Shown here: piece after piece, positions 1 to 7,172 of the stretch
Position numbering within the stretch: position 1 is the stretch's first letter
Layout of the letters: each line of letters begins with the position of its first letter
Source of the DNA: Candidatus Eiseniibacteriota bacterium
Lineage (GTDB): Bacteria; Eisenbacteria; RBG-16-71-46; CAIMUX01; WJJG01
Assembly: GCA_030601305.1 (NCBI GenBank)
Contig: JAUVTV010000080.1
Location: 1 to 10,297 of the forward strand
Direction of reading: 5' to 3'
DNA: 10,297 nucleotides
The notes under the pieces: model-generated
Seen by the model: only the letters and a program-made list of their open reading frames with translations
What the model was told of the DNA's origin: nothing
Database searches by the model: none
Program-made: the position numbers and the translations under genes

Positions 1-410
1 GATTCCTGGCCGCGCTCGCCGCCTCGCTGCTCGTCTCCGCCGACAACGCCCACGCAGCCCACCCGGGATACGCTGACAAGAGCGAGCCGCAGCACGCCCC
101 GGTGCTGAACGGCGGGCCGGTGATCAAGGTTCACGCCAGCCGCGCGTACGCCACCGACGCGTATGCGGCGGCCTTCTTCGAGCTGGCCTGTCGCGAGGCG
201 GGTGTGCCGCACAAGCGTTTCGTCAATCGCTCAGACGTCCGCTCGGGTCACACCATCGGCAGCATGACCGCCGCGCAGCTGGGCGTGCCCACCGCCGACG
301 TCGGCAGCGCACAGTACGCGATGCACAGCGTGCGCGAGATGGCCGGGGCCTACGACCCGTGGTACATGACCCAGGCCATGCGCGCCTTTCTGAGCAGCTC
401 GTTGAGGTGA
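1..410 (+). CDS. 3' end of a small, probably secreted hypothetical protein (5' end outside the window).
   Basis: Frame 3 is open from base 3 to TGA at 408-410, so the ATG at 102 is probably internal. The first codons read FLAALAASLLVSADNAHA, which looks like the end of a signal peptide. I recognise no catalytic motif. Confidence 0.5.
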   Translation, partial: FLAALAASLLVSADNAHAAHPGYADKSEPQHAPVLNGGPVIKVHASRAYATDAYAAAFFELACREAGVPHKRFVNRSDVRSGHTIGSMTAAQLGVPTADVGSAQYAMHSVREMAGAYDPWYMTQAMRAFLSSSLR

Positions 411-449
411 GTGGCCCGCAGCCCGGATGATTTCTGCCACGGGCCTCTA
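411..449 (-). repeat. Truncated copy (C) of a stop-codon-abutting GC-rich palindromic repeat (REP-like 3'-UTR hairpin).
   Basis: The sequence gtggcccgcagcccggatgatttctgccacgggcctcta fills the whole 36-nt gap between the convergent stops at 410 and 447. It shares cagcc(c/a)ggatga(c/t)t(t/a)(c/a)tgccacggg with copies at 3505-3568 and 9684-9749. Read as minus-strand RNA, GGCCCG...CGGGCC forms a stem of about 9 bp. Confidence 0.6.
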
Positions 450-3416
450 GTCTCCGAAGATGACCAGCGGCCTGTTCGCACTCTGCCCCGCCGCGCGCAA
501 ACGCAGGTAGAAGATCCCGCTGTCCACGCACCGGCCGGCGGCATCCTGCCGATCCCACGTCGCACGATGCTGACCCGCTGGCAGATTGCCCTCGATGAGT
601 GTGCGCACATGCCGACCGCCCGTATCGAAGATCTCCAGCCGCACCGGCGCCGCGCGCTGAAGGGTGAACTCGACGGTGGCGCGTGCCGCGACCGGCGTGG
701 GCCACACGGACCACACGATTCCAGGGGATGAGGACAACCCAGGTGAATCGTCCGGCACGGCGGCCGGGTCGATGAAGCGCCGCTTGCAGTAGACCTCGTC
801 GTTGCCGTCGCGGCAGTCGGTCCAGACGAGGCATGCCTGGCCACCGGCATCGGTCGCGATGCTGGGCTGGACGGAGGCGTGTGCGGCCGCCGTCAAGCGC
901 TCGTCCGCGGACCAGCTTCCCATCCGGCTCTTGTAGTAGATCTCCGCGTTGCCGTCCCGGGCATCCTGCCAGGCGACGTGGAGCCATCCGTAGGGGTCGC
1001 ACGCGATCGTGGCGCACTGCTGGTCGTGGAGATCGGTGACGATGCCCTCCGGCGAGCTCCACGTGCTCCCTTCATAGGAGCTGTAGTAGATGTCGCCGCT
1101 CAGATCGCGCCCGTCATGCCAGACGATGTGGGCGTGGCCGCTCGGATCAACGGTCACCGACGGGCAGCGCGAGTAGGAGGGATCGCTCGTCAGAGCCACC
1201 GGATCGGTCCAGCTGCCGCCGTCAAAGATCCGCACGTAGATGTCTCCCGGCTCACGTGAAGCCGCGTCTTGCTCATACGCAAGATAGGTCGTGCCGTCGG
1301 GGCAGGCGGCAATCGACGGCATGCGGGCCGCATAGTTCGGGACTCCTCCGAGCAACAGTGGTTCACTCCAGCTCACGCCGTCCCACCGCAGGTGGACGAC
1401 GCGCGCCCAGAAGTTGTACAACCGATGCCAAACGACGTGCACGTTTCCCAGACCGTCGGCCGCGATCGCGGGATAGACATCTCCCGTTCCGTAGTCCGTC
1501 AGGCGCGTGTCTGATGACCAGGACGACCCATCCCACTTCTTGTAGTAGATCTCCTGGTTGCCGTCGCGCGTGTCGACCCAGGCGACGTGCAACTCGCCGC
1601 CCGGACCGCCCGCAATCACGGGGTTGTCGGAGAACCCGGGATCATCGGTCAGCCGCGTCTCCGCTCCCCAGGCATCCTCCCAGCGCCGGTAGTAGATCTC
1701 GCTGTTGCCGTCGCGACTGTCCGCCCAGACGACATGGACGACGCCGTGTGGCTCTGCATACACGGAGCGCCCGTTGCTCCACGCCGTGCTCGAGCCAGCG
1801 AGGTTGTCAGTTAGGCGCTCGTCGGGACCCCAATCGCCGATCCGCCCGGCGCCGACGAGGATCTCCGCGCACCCGTGGCCGCCGATGCTGTCCGTGTAGC
1901 TTGGGTAGGAACTGGAACTCGCGGTGATGATTCCCATCGCGCGGACCGCGATGGTGGCCTCGCCGCTGGACTCCCCGGCGATGACGTCCCACACCGCCTG
2001 CCCACTTTCCCCTGAGTAGAGGTCCGGCAACGTCACGACCTCCGATCCGCCCGCCAGTGCAAAACCTTCCGGGAGGGAAATGCGTGCGGTCGAGGGACTT
2101 GCCCGGTGCTGCCCGGCGAAGGGCCCCGCGCCGGGGTAGTGAACGTCGGCGATCACCTGGAAGGCCTCGGACGGGTCGACCTGCTCGGGCAGGGTGAGAT
2201 TCACCGTCCACGGACCGGTCGTCATGCCCCAGCAGTTGAACCATGGCCTCCACATGTCCTCGACGAGGAACTGCTGGTCGAAGTGCAGCTCGGGTCCAAA
2301 GAACGGCGGGCCGTACCAGGGATCGTGGACGATGAACTCGTTCAGTCCGTCGTCGTAGCCCTTGACCACGCGGTAGTGCCCTGTATTGCAGTAGCCGTCG
2401 TAGCAGGTGAGGATCTCCATCGGTGTGTTGCTGGTAATCTGGTCCTTCAGGTGGTTGTACGGATCGTCGTAGAGCCACGTGTCGTTGCCCGCATACCCGA
2501 GCGATCTCTCGTTGTAGCCGTGGAGATCCGGGTTCTGCAGCGCCGTGCTCATTGCGCTGAAGTGACATGCCCGGCGATTGTCGATGGCATAGGTTCCATA
2601 GTATTCGCTCTCGTTCTCGACATCTCCGATGTCGTGCTGCCCGATCTCCGCGCCGTAGTAGTCGAGCATCATCGCAACCGCGGCACAGCCACAGTACCAG
2701 CTCGTGCTCTGGTAGTGGAAGGGTAGGCCGGAGATGTTGTACACATCGGGCCGCGGGAGCCGCACAGCGTCTCGACCTGACGGCTGCCAGTCCTCCGGAG
2801 GTTGGTGTTGAGAAATGCGGGGTTGCCGATCCAAGTGATCCGCGAGGCTGCCGTCCACGGTGCTGAGCGGCGGCGCGTGCCGGTCGCCGACGCTCACCAG
2901 GATGTCCGCCGTGCGCACATCGTTCGCGCCGTGCACCAGCCAGTATACATGTTTGTCGGGAAGCACCACCGCGATTGGCTCGGCGTCGGTCAGCGTCAAC
3001 CCGTGCCGCATCGCGTGGTTCCTCGCCACGGCCACGGCGGTCTTGCGATCGGTGCCAAAGAGACTCTCCCTGGGCGTGCCCAGCGTGTACCAGCACCACT
3101 TCCCGCTGCGTGCATGGACCGCCACGACACCGACGTATTCGCCGGCCCGCGAGAGGATCGGGCAGAGGTGGTAGCGGGGTTCCAGTTCGGCATAGCCGTG
3201 GACGAGGATGCCCTCCGCGATGAAGGCCTCATCCAGTGCCGCGCAGGTGGCCAGGTCTTCGCGGGGACTCGCCTGCAGGTGTGCGAGCAGACTCTCGGCG
3301 CTGGCCTGCGCCTCGGCAGGTAACACCCCCCGTGTCGCCCCGGCGGCGCCTCCGACGACACACGCGAGCAGACACAGCAGGCTGAAGAGAACGCTGCGCA
3401 TTGCACACCTCCTCAA
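447..3416 (-). CDS. Secreted multidomain protein with a clan-CA (C10/C39-like) cysteine peptidase domain, beta-propeller-like repeats and a T9SS-type C-terminal sorting domain.
   Basis: A 989-aa ORF with a GAGGAGG RBS 6-7 nt upstream of ATG 3416. The N-terminus is a signal peptide (MRRCAMRSVLFSLLCLLACVVGGAAGA). Before the peptidase domain lies a prodomain-like region of about 200 aa. A catalytic-Cys motif YQSTSWYCGCAAVAMMLDYYG sits near Cys244 and a catalytic-His motif TGHYRVVKGYDDGLNEFIVHDPWYG near His347. About eight repeats of roughly 50 aa follow, of the form HVVWxDxRDGNxEIYYKxWDGSSWSxxxRLTD. The C-terminus reads VEFTLQRAAPVRLEIFDTGGRHVRTLIEGNLPAGQHRATWDRQDAAGRCVDSGIFYLRLRA, which fits the TIGR04183/FlgD-Ig CTD consensus. 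Confidence 0.8.
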   Translation of the reverse strand: MRRCAMRSVLFSLLCLLACVVGGAAGATRGVLPAEAQASAESLLAHLQASPREDLATCAALDEAFIAEGILVHGYAELEPRYHLCPILSRAGEYVGVVAVHARSGKWCWYTLGTPRESLFGTDRKTAVAVARNHAMRHGLTLTDAEPIAVVLPDKHVYWLVHGANDVRTADILVSVGDRHAPPLSTVDGSLADHLDRQPRISQHQPPEDWQPSGRDAVRLPRPDVYNISGLPFHYQSTSWYCGCAAVAMMLDYYGAEIGQHDIGDVENESEYYGTYAIDNRRACHFSAMSTALQNPDLHGYNERSLGYAGNDTWLYDDPYNHLKDQITSNTPMEILTCYDGYCNTGHYRVVKGYDDGLNEFIVHDPWYGPPFFGPELHFDQQFLVEDMWRPWFNCWGMTTGPWTVNLTLPEQVDPSEAFQVIADVHYPGAGPFAGQHRASPSTARISLPEGFALAGGSEVVTLPDLYSGESGQAVWDVIAGESSGEATIAVRAMGIITASSSSYPSYTDSIGGHGCAEILVGAGRIGDWGPDERLTDNLAGSSTAWSNGRSVYAEPHGVVHVVWADSRDGNSEIYYRRWEDAWGAETRLTDDPGFSDNPVIAGGPGGELHVAWVDTRDGNQEIYYKKWDGSSWSSDTRLTDYGTGDVYPAIAADGLGNVHVVWHRLYNFWARVVHLRWDGVSWSEPLLLGGVPNYAARMPSIAACPDGTTYLAYEQDAASREPGDIYVRIFDGGSWTDPVALTSDPSYSRCPSVTVDPSGHAHIVWHDGRDLSGDIYYSSYEGSTWSSPEGIVTDLHDQQCATIACDPYGWLHVAWQDARDGNAEIYYKSRMGSWSADERLTAAAHASVQPSIATDAGGQACLVWTDCRDGNDEVYCKRRFIDPAAVPDDSPGLSSSPGIVWSVWPTPVAARATVEFTLQRAAPVRLEIFDTGGRHVRTLIEGNLPAGQHRATWDRQDAAGRCVDSGIFYLRLRAAGQSANRPLVIFGD
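717..1829 (-). other. Tandem beta-propeller-like repeat region (~8 x ~50 aa) of the 989-aa protein.
   Basis: Repeated strings include HVVWADSRDGNSEIYYRRW, HVAWVDTRDGNQEIYYKKWDGSSWSSDTRLTD, HIVWHDGRDLSGDIYYSSYEGSTWSS, HVAWQDARDGNAEIYYKSRMGSWSADERLT and LVWTDCRDGNDEVYCK. Confidence 0.6.
2217..2744 (-). other. Papain-superfamily peptidase domain of the 989-aa protein (residues ~225-400).
   Basis: The Cys motif GCAAVAMML resembles streptopain-family GCVATAMAQIM and the C39-like CGpaslaMvl motif. The His motif GHYRVVKGYDD resembles GHAFVIDGYD. The C10 versus C39-like subfamily cannot be resolved by eye. Confidence 0.55.
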
Positions 3417-3428
3417 GTTGAACGGGTG

Positions 3429-3453
3429 CTACGGGAGTTACGGGAGCTACGCC
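3429..3453 (-). promoter_or_regulatory. Tandem 9-bp direct repeats in the 5' region of the peptidase gene.
   Basis: The plus strand reads ctacgggag ttacgggag ctacgcc. On the minus strand these are ..ctcccgta actcccgta gcacccgtt.., 13-37 nt upstream of ATG 3416, adjacent to the RBS. Confidence 0.3.
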
Positions 3454-3504
3454 TGCAAGGATAGCCACAGCAGGTTGAGAATGCACGACGAAAAGCGAAT
3501 TCGC

Positions 3505-3568
3505 GCGACGATGAGCCCCGGGCGACGGACCCGTTCGCAGCCCGGATGACTAATGCCACGGGTGGCTA
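3505..3568 (-). repeat. Full-length copy (A) of the stop-codon-abutting palindromic repeat.
   Basis: The sequence cgcgacgatgagccccgggcgacggacccgttcgcagcccggatgactaatgccacgggtggcta is about 85% identical to 9684-9749. It ends in CTA, which is the TAG stop (3566-3568) of the membrane-protein gene. The minus-strand RNA contains ACCCG...CGGGU and CGGG-loop-CCCG stems. Confidence 0.65.
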
Positions 3569-4297
3569 CCCCGGCGCCGAGAGGAGGAGCCCGATGAGCG
3601 CGACGGCGATCCCCAACGCCACGCCCCCGGCAACGACGATCCGCCGGAAGGCGATCTGCTCGGCAGCCAGACACGTGCCGGCGGCAAACGGGAGGAACAG
3701 CGTCGCCAGGGAGAGGAACAGAAAGGGCAAGGGAATCCCGCTCTTGACGGCGTCCAGAACGCGATGCGTGTGATCACCGTAGAGCCCATAGCGCGCCAAG
3801 TACAGCATGCCCGCAGGAATGGAAAGGACGTACAGGATCTCGGACAGCACGAGATTCCCCCGCGAGATGCGCCATCCGTACAAGCGGGAGATCAGGAACA
3901 CCAGCGGCGGCACGAGAAGCAGGAGAATCCAGCTCACGAGCAGGCCCTGCTCGCCGGCGGCGAGCGTCACGAATGCCAGCGGCGAATCGATCTCGGCGGT
4001 CGGCGGCGTGACAACCATGGGCGCGGCGAGCAGCACGATGCCCCCCACCACGAGCATCACCACCCCGAAGCTGCCCGTCCAGACCATACGCGCATTGGCC
4101 GACGGCAGCGGAATCGGCTGCGCGCCGAGCAGGGCCAGCGAGATCAGCAGCAACCAACCCACGGGAAGCGCAAAGTGGGCGTAGTGCAACCAGAGGGATC
4201 CCTCCCAGCCGTGCTGCTCGATCTCCAACCGCCACAGGATCCCGGTTGCGATGGCCATGATCAGCGCCAGGAGCCACAGCGCTTTGCGAGACAGCAT
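3566..4297 (-). CDS. Polytopic integral membrane protein of unknown function (about 6-7 TM helices).
   Basis: A 243-aa ORF made of strongly hydrophobic helical stretches. A GGAGGGGG RBS lies just upstream of ATG 4297. It starts 42 nt downstream of the MFS gene on the same strand. Confidence 0.65.
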   Translation of the reverse strand: MLSRKALWLLALIMAIATGILWRLEIEQHGWEGSLWLHYAHFALPVGWLLLISLALLGAQPIPLPSANARMVWTGSFGVVMLVVGGIVLLAAPMVVTPPTAEIDSPLAFVTLAAGEQGLLVSWILLLLVPPLVFLISRLYGWRISRGNLVLSEILYVLSIPAGMLYLARYGLYGDHTHRVLDAVKSGIPLPFLFLSLATLFLPFAAGTCLAAEQIAFRRIVVAGGVALGIAVALIGLLLSAPG

Positions 4298-4339
4298 CGC
4301 CCCCTCCGCACGTGAACGATTGCGGTCGACGGCACGACT

Positions 4340-5542
4340 CTAGCTGCGCGCCGAGACCGTGTCGAGTCTCGAGGACCTCGGTTTCATGGGTAGCCTCAGG
4401 ATGAGCGGCAGGCCCAGCAGGCAGAGAATCGCACTCGCGTAAAACGCCGGTCGCAACCCCCACCAATCACCCGCCGCGCCCAAGAGCACCGTGGCGCCCG
4501 CGCGGATGCCGAAGCCGATCGCCATGTAGATGCCGTTGGCCAGCGCGCGGTTCTCCGGGAAGCTCTCCTGCACGACCGCCATGATGACGGGCGTCACCGA
4601 GAGCGCCGTCACGCCGATGAGAACGAGCAGCGGAAAGCGCACCCAACCGTCGGCGGCGAGGAACAGCAGCATGAGAACCGGGGCCGCCGACATGGAGGCA
4701 AAGAGCACCGATCGGCGCCCGAGCCGATCACTGACGCTTCCTCCCAGCAGCGCTCCGATGACACCGGCTCCCTCGACCACGGAGAGTGCCGCGCCCGCAT
4801 GCCAGAGACTGCTGCCTTCGCCGCTGAGAAACGTGGGCAGGTAGGTGGTGACGGCCACCAGCAGGAAGACGCGCGTGGCCACGAAACCGGCGAGCGGGAC
4901 GAGCAGGGGGCGCATCCGGCCGAGGGCCTGGCGCCACGGGCGCGCCTCTTCCACCTGTGTGGGGCGACCGGGAATGTCCCTCAGCCTGACGTACAGGCCG
5001 ACCGACGCGAGGAGTCCGCCCAGCACGAGCCAGGGCGTGCCTTCAAAGGTGAGCAGACCGATGGCGCTGACGATGGCCACCGGTCCCACGGTTCGGCCGA
5101 GCTCGCCACCGACCATCCAGAAGCTCATTCCCCGCCCCAGGTTTGGACCTGATACGCGTCCCGCCATGACCGGTCCGACGGCGTGCATGCACGCCGAGCT
5201 CGTCCCGGCCACCAAGAGGAGGAGCACCAACGCAAGGTAGCCGGGTGCGACACCCAGGAGACTCATCGCGGTGGCCGTGACCGCGGGGGCCAGGATGACC
5301 AAGTAGCGCAAGCTGAATCGATCGGCCATGTGGCCGATGAGCGGTTGCAGGAGCGAGGGGACTTGCAGGCAGACGACCAGCAGTCCCGCCTCGGTCTTGC
5401 TCAGGGAGAGGCTCGCGATGAGTACCGGCAGGAGCGGGGCCAGAAAGGCCGTGTAGGTATCGTGCATCGCGTGCCCCAGGCTGATGGTGAGCACACGGCC
5501 CGTCTGGAATCTGGATGTGTCTGCGACTTGGTTCATGGGCAT
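4340..5542 (-). CDS. Major facilitator superfamily (MFS) transporter.
   Basis: A 400-aa ORF with a pattern of about 12 hydrophobic segments and charged loops (e.g. GDRLGRRSV). It is divergent from the RdhA-like gene. Confidence 0.75.
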   Translation of the reverse strand: MPMNQVADTSRFQTGRVLTISLGHAMHDTYTAFLAPLLPVLIASLSLSKTEAGLLVVCLQVPSLLQPLIGHMADRFSLRYLVILAPAVTATAMSLLGVAPGYLALVLLLLVAGTSSACMHAVGPVMAGRVSGPNLGRGMSFWMVGGELGRTVGPVAIVSAIGLLTFEGTPWLVLGGLLASVGLYVRLRDIPGRPTQVEEARPWRQALGRMRPLLVPLAGFVATRVFLLVAVTTYLPTFLSGEGSSLWHAGAALSVVEGAGVIGALLGGSVSDRLGRRSVLFASMSAAPVLMLLFLAADGWVRFPLLVLIGVTALSVTPVIMAVVQESFPENRALANGIYMAIGFGIRAGATVLLGAAGDWWGLRPAFYASAILCLLGLPLILRLPMKPRSSRLDTVSARS

Positions 5543-5652
5543 CGCAACGCAGCAGCCTAGCGTACCTGTGCGATCGACCCAACCGTCTTCTTCACGAATT
5601 GCGCACCGCGCGCGACTCTGCTAGCGTGAGCTGACTTCACCGGAGATCATCC
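5543..5652. promoter_or_regulatory. Divergent intergenic/promoter region between the MFS and RdhA-like genes, with a repeated ctagcgt motif.
   Basis: Compare cctagcgtacctg (5558-5570) with gctagcgtgagctg (5619-5632). A GGAGA RBS (5643-5647) lies 5 nt before ATG 5653. Confidence 0.3.
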
Positions 5653-6987
5653 ATGGCGTGGATACCACCGCTCTTCATCGTGATCGGCACCGCGGCCGCC
5701 GCCGTGCTTGCCTCGCTCGTGTTCAGTTCGGTGCGCGAACACAACCGCGTGGCCGGCGCGCGAAGCGTCGTCCTGCTAGTTCTCTTCCTGGGCGTGTGGT
5801 TCGGCGCTGTCGCGCTGGGTGTTCCCGAGATCATTCTCCTGCTGGCGAGCGCCGCACTGATCGCGTTCGTCGCCCTCTTCTTCCTGCCCGTCGGACGTGC
5901 GGCGTCCATCCGTGTGGATGAGATCCAAGCACAGGTCGATGAACGGGATGTCATCTTCGCCCGCGAGGACTACGCCCCAGGCAGCCCACAGTACGAGGCC
6001 TACTACGCTCGGCATCCCGACAAGAAGACGATGGACGATCGCATGCGCGATACGCCCGAGCTCCTCGCGCCCGGGGGCCGCTTCTACGATCCGGTCGAAT
6101 CGCGGCGCATCGACTCGCTCTTCGATGTGATCCGCACGCTGACGACGCGCGTCGACGGCGAGATCGCCGCGGCACGGATCGCCCCCGATCCCGCCCGCCT
6201 GAGCGCAGACATCCAGGCGCTCACCCGGCGTCTGGGCGCCGCCGATGTGGGCATCGCCCGCCTCAACCCCATGTTCGTCTATTCGCATGTCGGGCGTGGT
6301 CCCGAACAGTGGGGCGAGCCCATTCGGAACGACCATCGCTTCGCGGTCGCCTTCACCGTGGAGATGGATTCCGGCGCCGTGGACACCGCCCCGCGGCTGC
6401 CGATCACGGAAGAGTCGGCCCGTCAGTATCTCCGGGGGGCCAGGATCTCCGTGGCGCTCGCCGCGTACATCCGCGCGCTTGGCTATCCCGCCCGGGCGCA
6501 CATTGCCGGTAGCAACTATCAGATCATGCTGCCCCCGGTCGCGCACGATGCGGGCTTGGGCGAGCTCGGCCGCATGGGATATCTCATCTCGCCGCGCTTC
6601 GGCGCACGCATCCGATTGGGTGCGGTGACGACCGACATGCCGCTGGTCCCCGACAAGCCGATCGCGTTCGGCGTGCAGGATTTCTGCAAGCGCTGCAAGA
6701 AGTGCGCGACGAACTGCCCGCCGGCGGCCATCCCCGCGGGAGAGAAGGCCCAAGTCCGCGGCACCTGGAAGTGGCCGCTCCACATCGAGCGCTGCCTCCG
6801 CTTCTGGCGCATCATCGGAACCGATTGCGGGTTGTGCATGCGGGTTTGCCCCTACAGCCATCCGCCCACCTTCGCTCACAACCTGATCCGCGCCGGGATT
6901 CGTCGCTCGGCCTTCGCTCGTACCGTGTCGGTGTGGGGCGATGATCTCATCTACGGACGGAACGTCGCCCGCGGCTTCTCCCCCTAA
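5653..6987 (+). CDS. Membrane-anchored reductive-dehalogenase-family (RdhA-like) corrinoid/iron-sulfur protein.
   Basis: A 444-aa ORF with three N-terminal TM helices (residues ~4-25, 37-57, 58-80) and no twin-arginine motif. The C-terminus has CKRCKKCATNCP (CxxCxxCxxxCP, Cys345-355) and C381-x10-CGLCMRVCP (CxxCxxxCP, Cys392-399). That pattern is typical of RdhA proteins, as is the preceding GLGELGRMGYLISPRFGARIRLGAVTTDMPL block. Confidence 0.75.
   Translation: MAWIPPLFIVIGTAAAAVLASLVFSSVREHNRVAGARSVVLLVLFLGVWFGAVALGVPEIILLLASAALIAFVALFFLPVGRAASIRVDEIQAQVDERDVIFAREDYAPGSPQYEAYYARHPDKKTMDDRMRDTPELLAPGGRFYDPVESRRIDSLFDVIRTLTTRVDGEIAAARIAPDPARLSADIQALTRRLGAADVGIARLNPMFVYSHVGRGPEQWGEPIRNDHRFAVAFTVEMDSGAVDTAPRLPITEESARQYLRGARISVALAAYIRALGYPARAHIAGSNYQIMLPPVAHDAGLGELGRMGYLISPRFGARIRLGAVTTDMPLVPDKPIAFGVQDFCKRCKKCATNCPPAAIPAGEKAQVRGTWKWPLHIERCLRFWRIIGTDCGLCMRVCPYSHPPTFAHNLIRAGIRRSAFARTVSVWGDDLIYGRNVARGFSP
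6685..6852 (+). other. Two [4Fe-4S] cluster-binding motifs of the RdhA-like protein.
   Basis: tgc codons at 6685, 6694, 6703 and 6715 encode the first motif. The second motif spans 6793-6852 (C381, C392, C395, C399, P400). Confidence 0.7.
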
Positions 6988-6993
6988 GGCTAG

Positions 6994-7057
6994 CCGCGCA
7001 CGACATAGCGCGCGCGTGGCCGATTCCGGCCACCTGTGCCGGGGAACGGTCGCGCGC
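6994..7057 (+). terminator. Nested GC-rich hairpins downstream of the RdhA-like gene (candidate intrinsic terminator or structured leader).
   Basis: One hairpin is cgcgc-acgacata-gcgcg (6995-7013). Another is tggccg-attc-cggcca (7017-7032). An outer stem pairs gcgcgcg (7008-7016) with cgcgcgc (7051-7057). No clear U-tract follows. Confidence 0.25.
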
Positions 7058-7172
7058 ACCTCCAGCCACCGCGCAAGGTACGGTCCTCAAGGGTCCTCCG
7101 CGCACCGTCGATCTTTCTTTGCGACAGGATGCCCGCGCGGCACCGCGCCCCGTACTAAAGGAGGGCCCGATC

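Noticed and set aside
102-410. ATG at 102 as the start of the first ORF.
   Set aside because: The frame is open back to the window edge, and the upstream codons encode a signal-peptide-like segment. The gene is 5'-truncated by the window.
1807-3099. Long alternative-frame ORFs that overlap the 989-aa gene: 430 aa at 1807-3099 (minus), and separately 206 aa at 2106-2726 (plus), 223 aa at 1256-1927 (plus) and 279 aa at 223-1062 (minus).
   Set aside because: They are Arg/Pro-rich frames with no domain signatures. The 989-aa frame carries coherent signal peptide, peptidase, repeat and CTD domains.
3505-3530. cgacgatgagcc in the repeat looked like a hammerhead-ribozyme CUGAUGA box.
   Set aside because: There is no GAAA or uridine-turn partner and no stem I/III arrangement, so only the heptamer resembles the box.
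3462-3568. Possible MITE with terminal inverted repeats (tagccac ... gtggcta) around copy A.
   Set aside because: The inverted match is only 7 bp. No target-site duplication is visible, and the other copies lack equivalent termini. A REP or hairpin interpretation is simpler.
5653-6987. Alternative identity of the iron-sulfur protein as epoxyqueuosine reductase QueG.
   Set aside because: The second cluster is C-x10-CxxCxxxCP, the RdhA pattern, rather than a second full CxxCxxCxxxCP. QueG also has no TM anchor. This is not fully excluded without a profile search.
5776-7059. 427-aa ORF on the minus strand, antisense to the RdhA-like gene.
   Set aside because: Its product is Arg/Ala/Gly-rich with low complexity and no motifs. 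This is typical of shadow ORFs in high-GC DNA opposite a well-supported gene.
7119-7172. Upstream ATG (7119) proposed by the ORF track as the start of the SPFH gene.
   Set aside because: No RBS precedes it. ATG 7173 has AAGGAGGG at ideal spacing, and the protein then begins MATSNAVFLEV, as in YdjI-type proteins.
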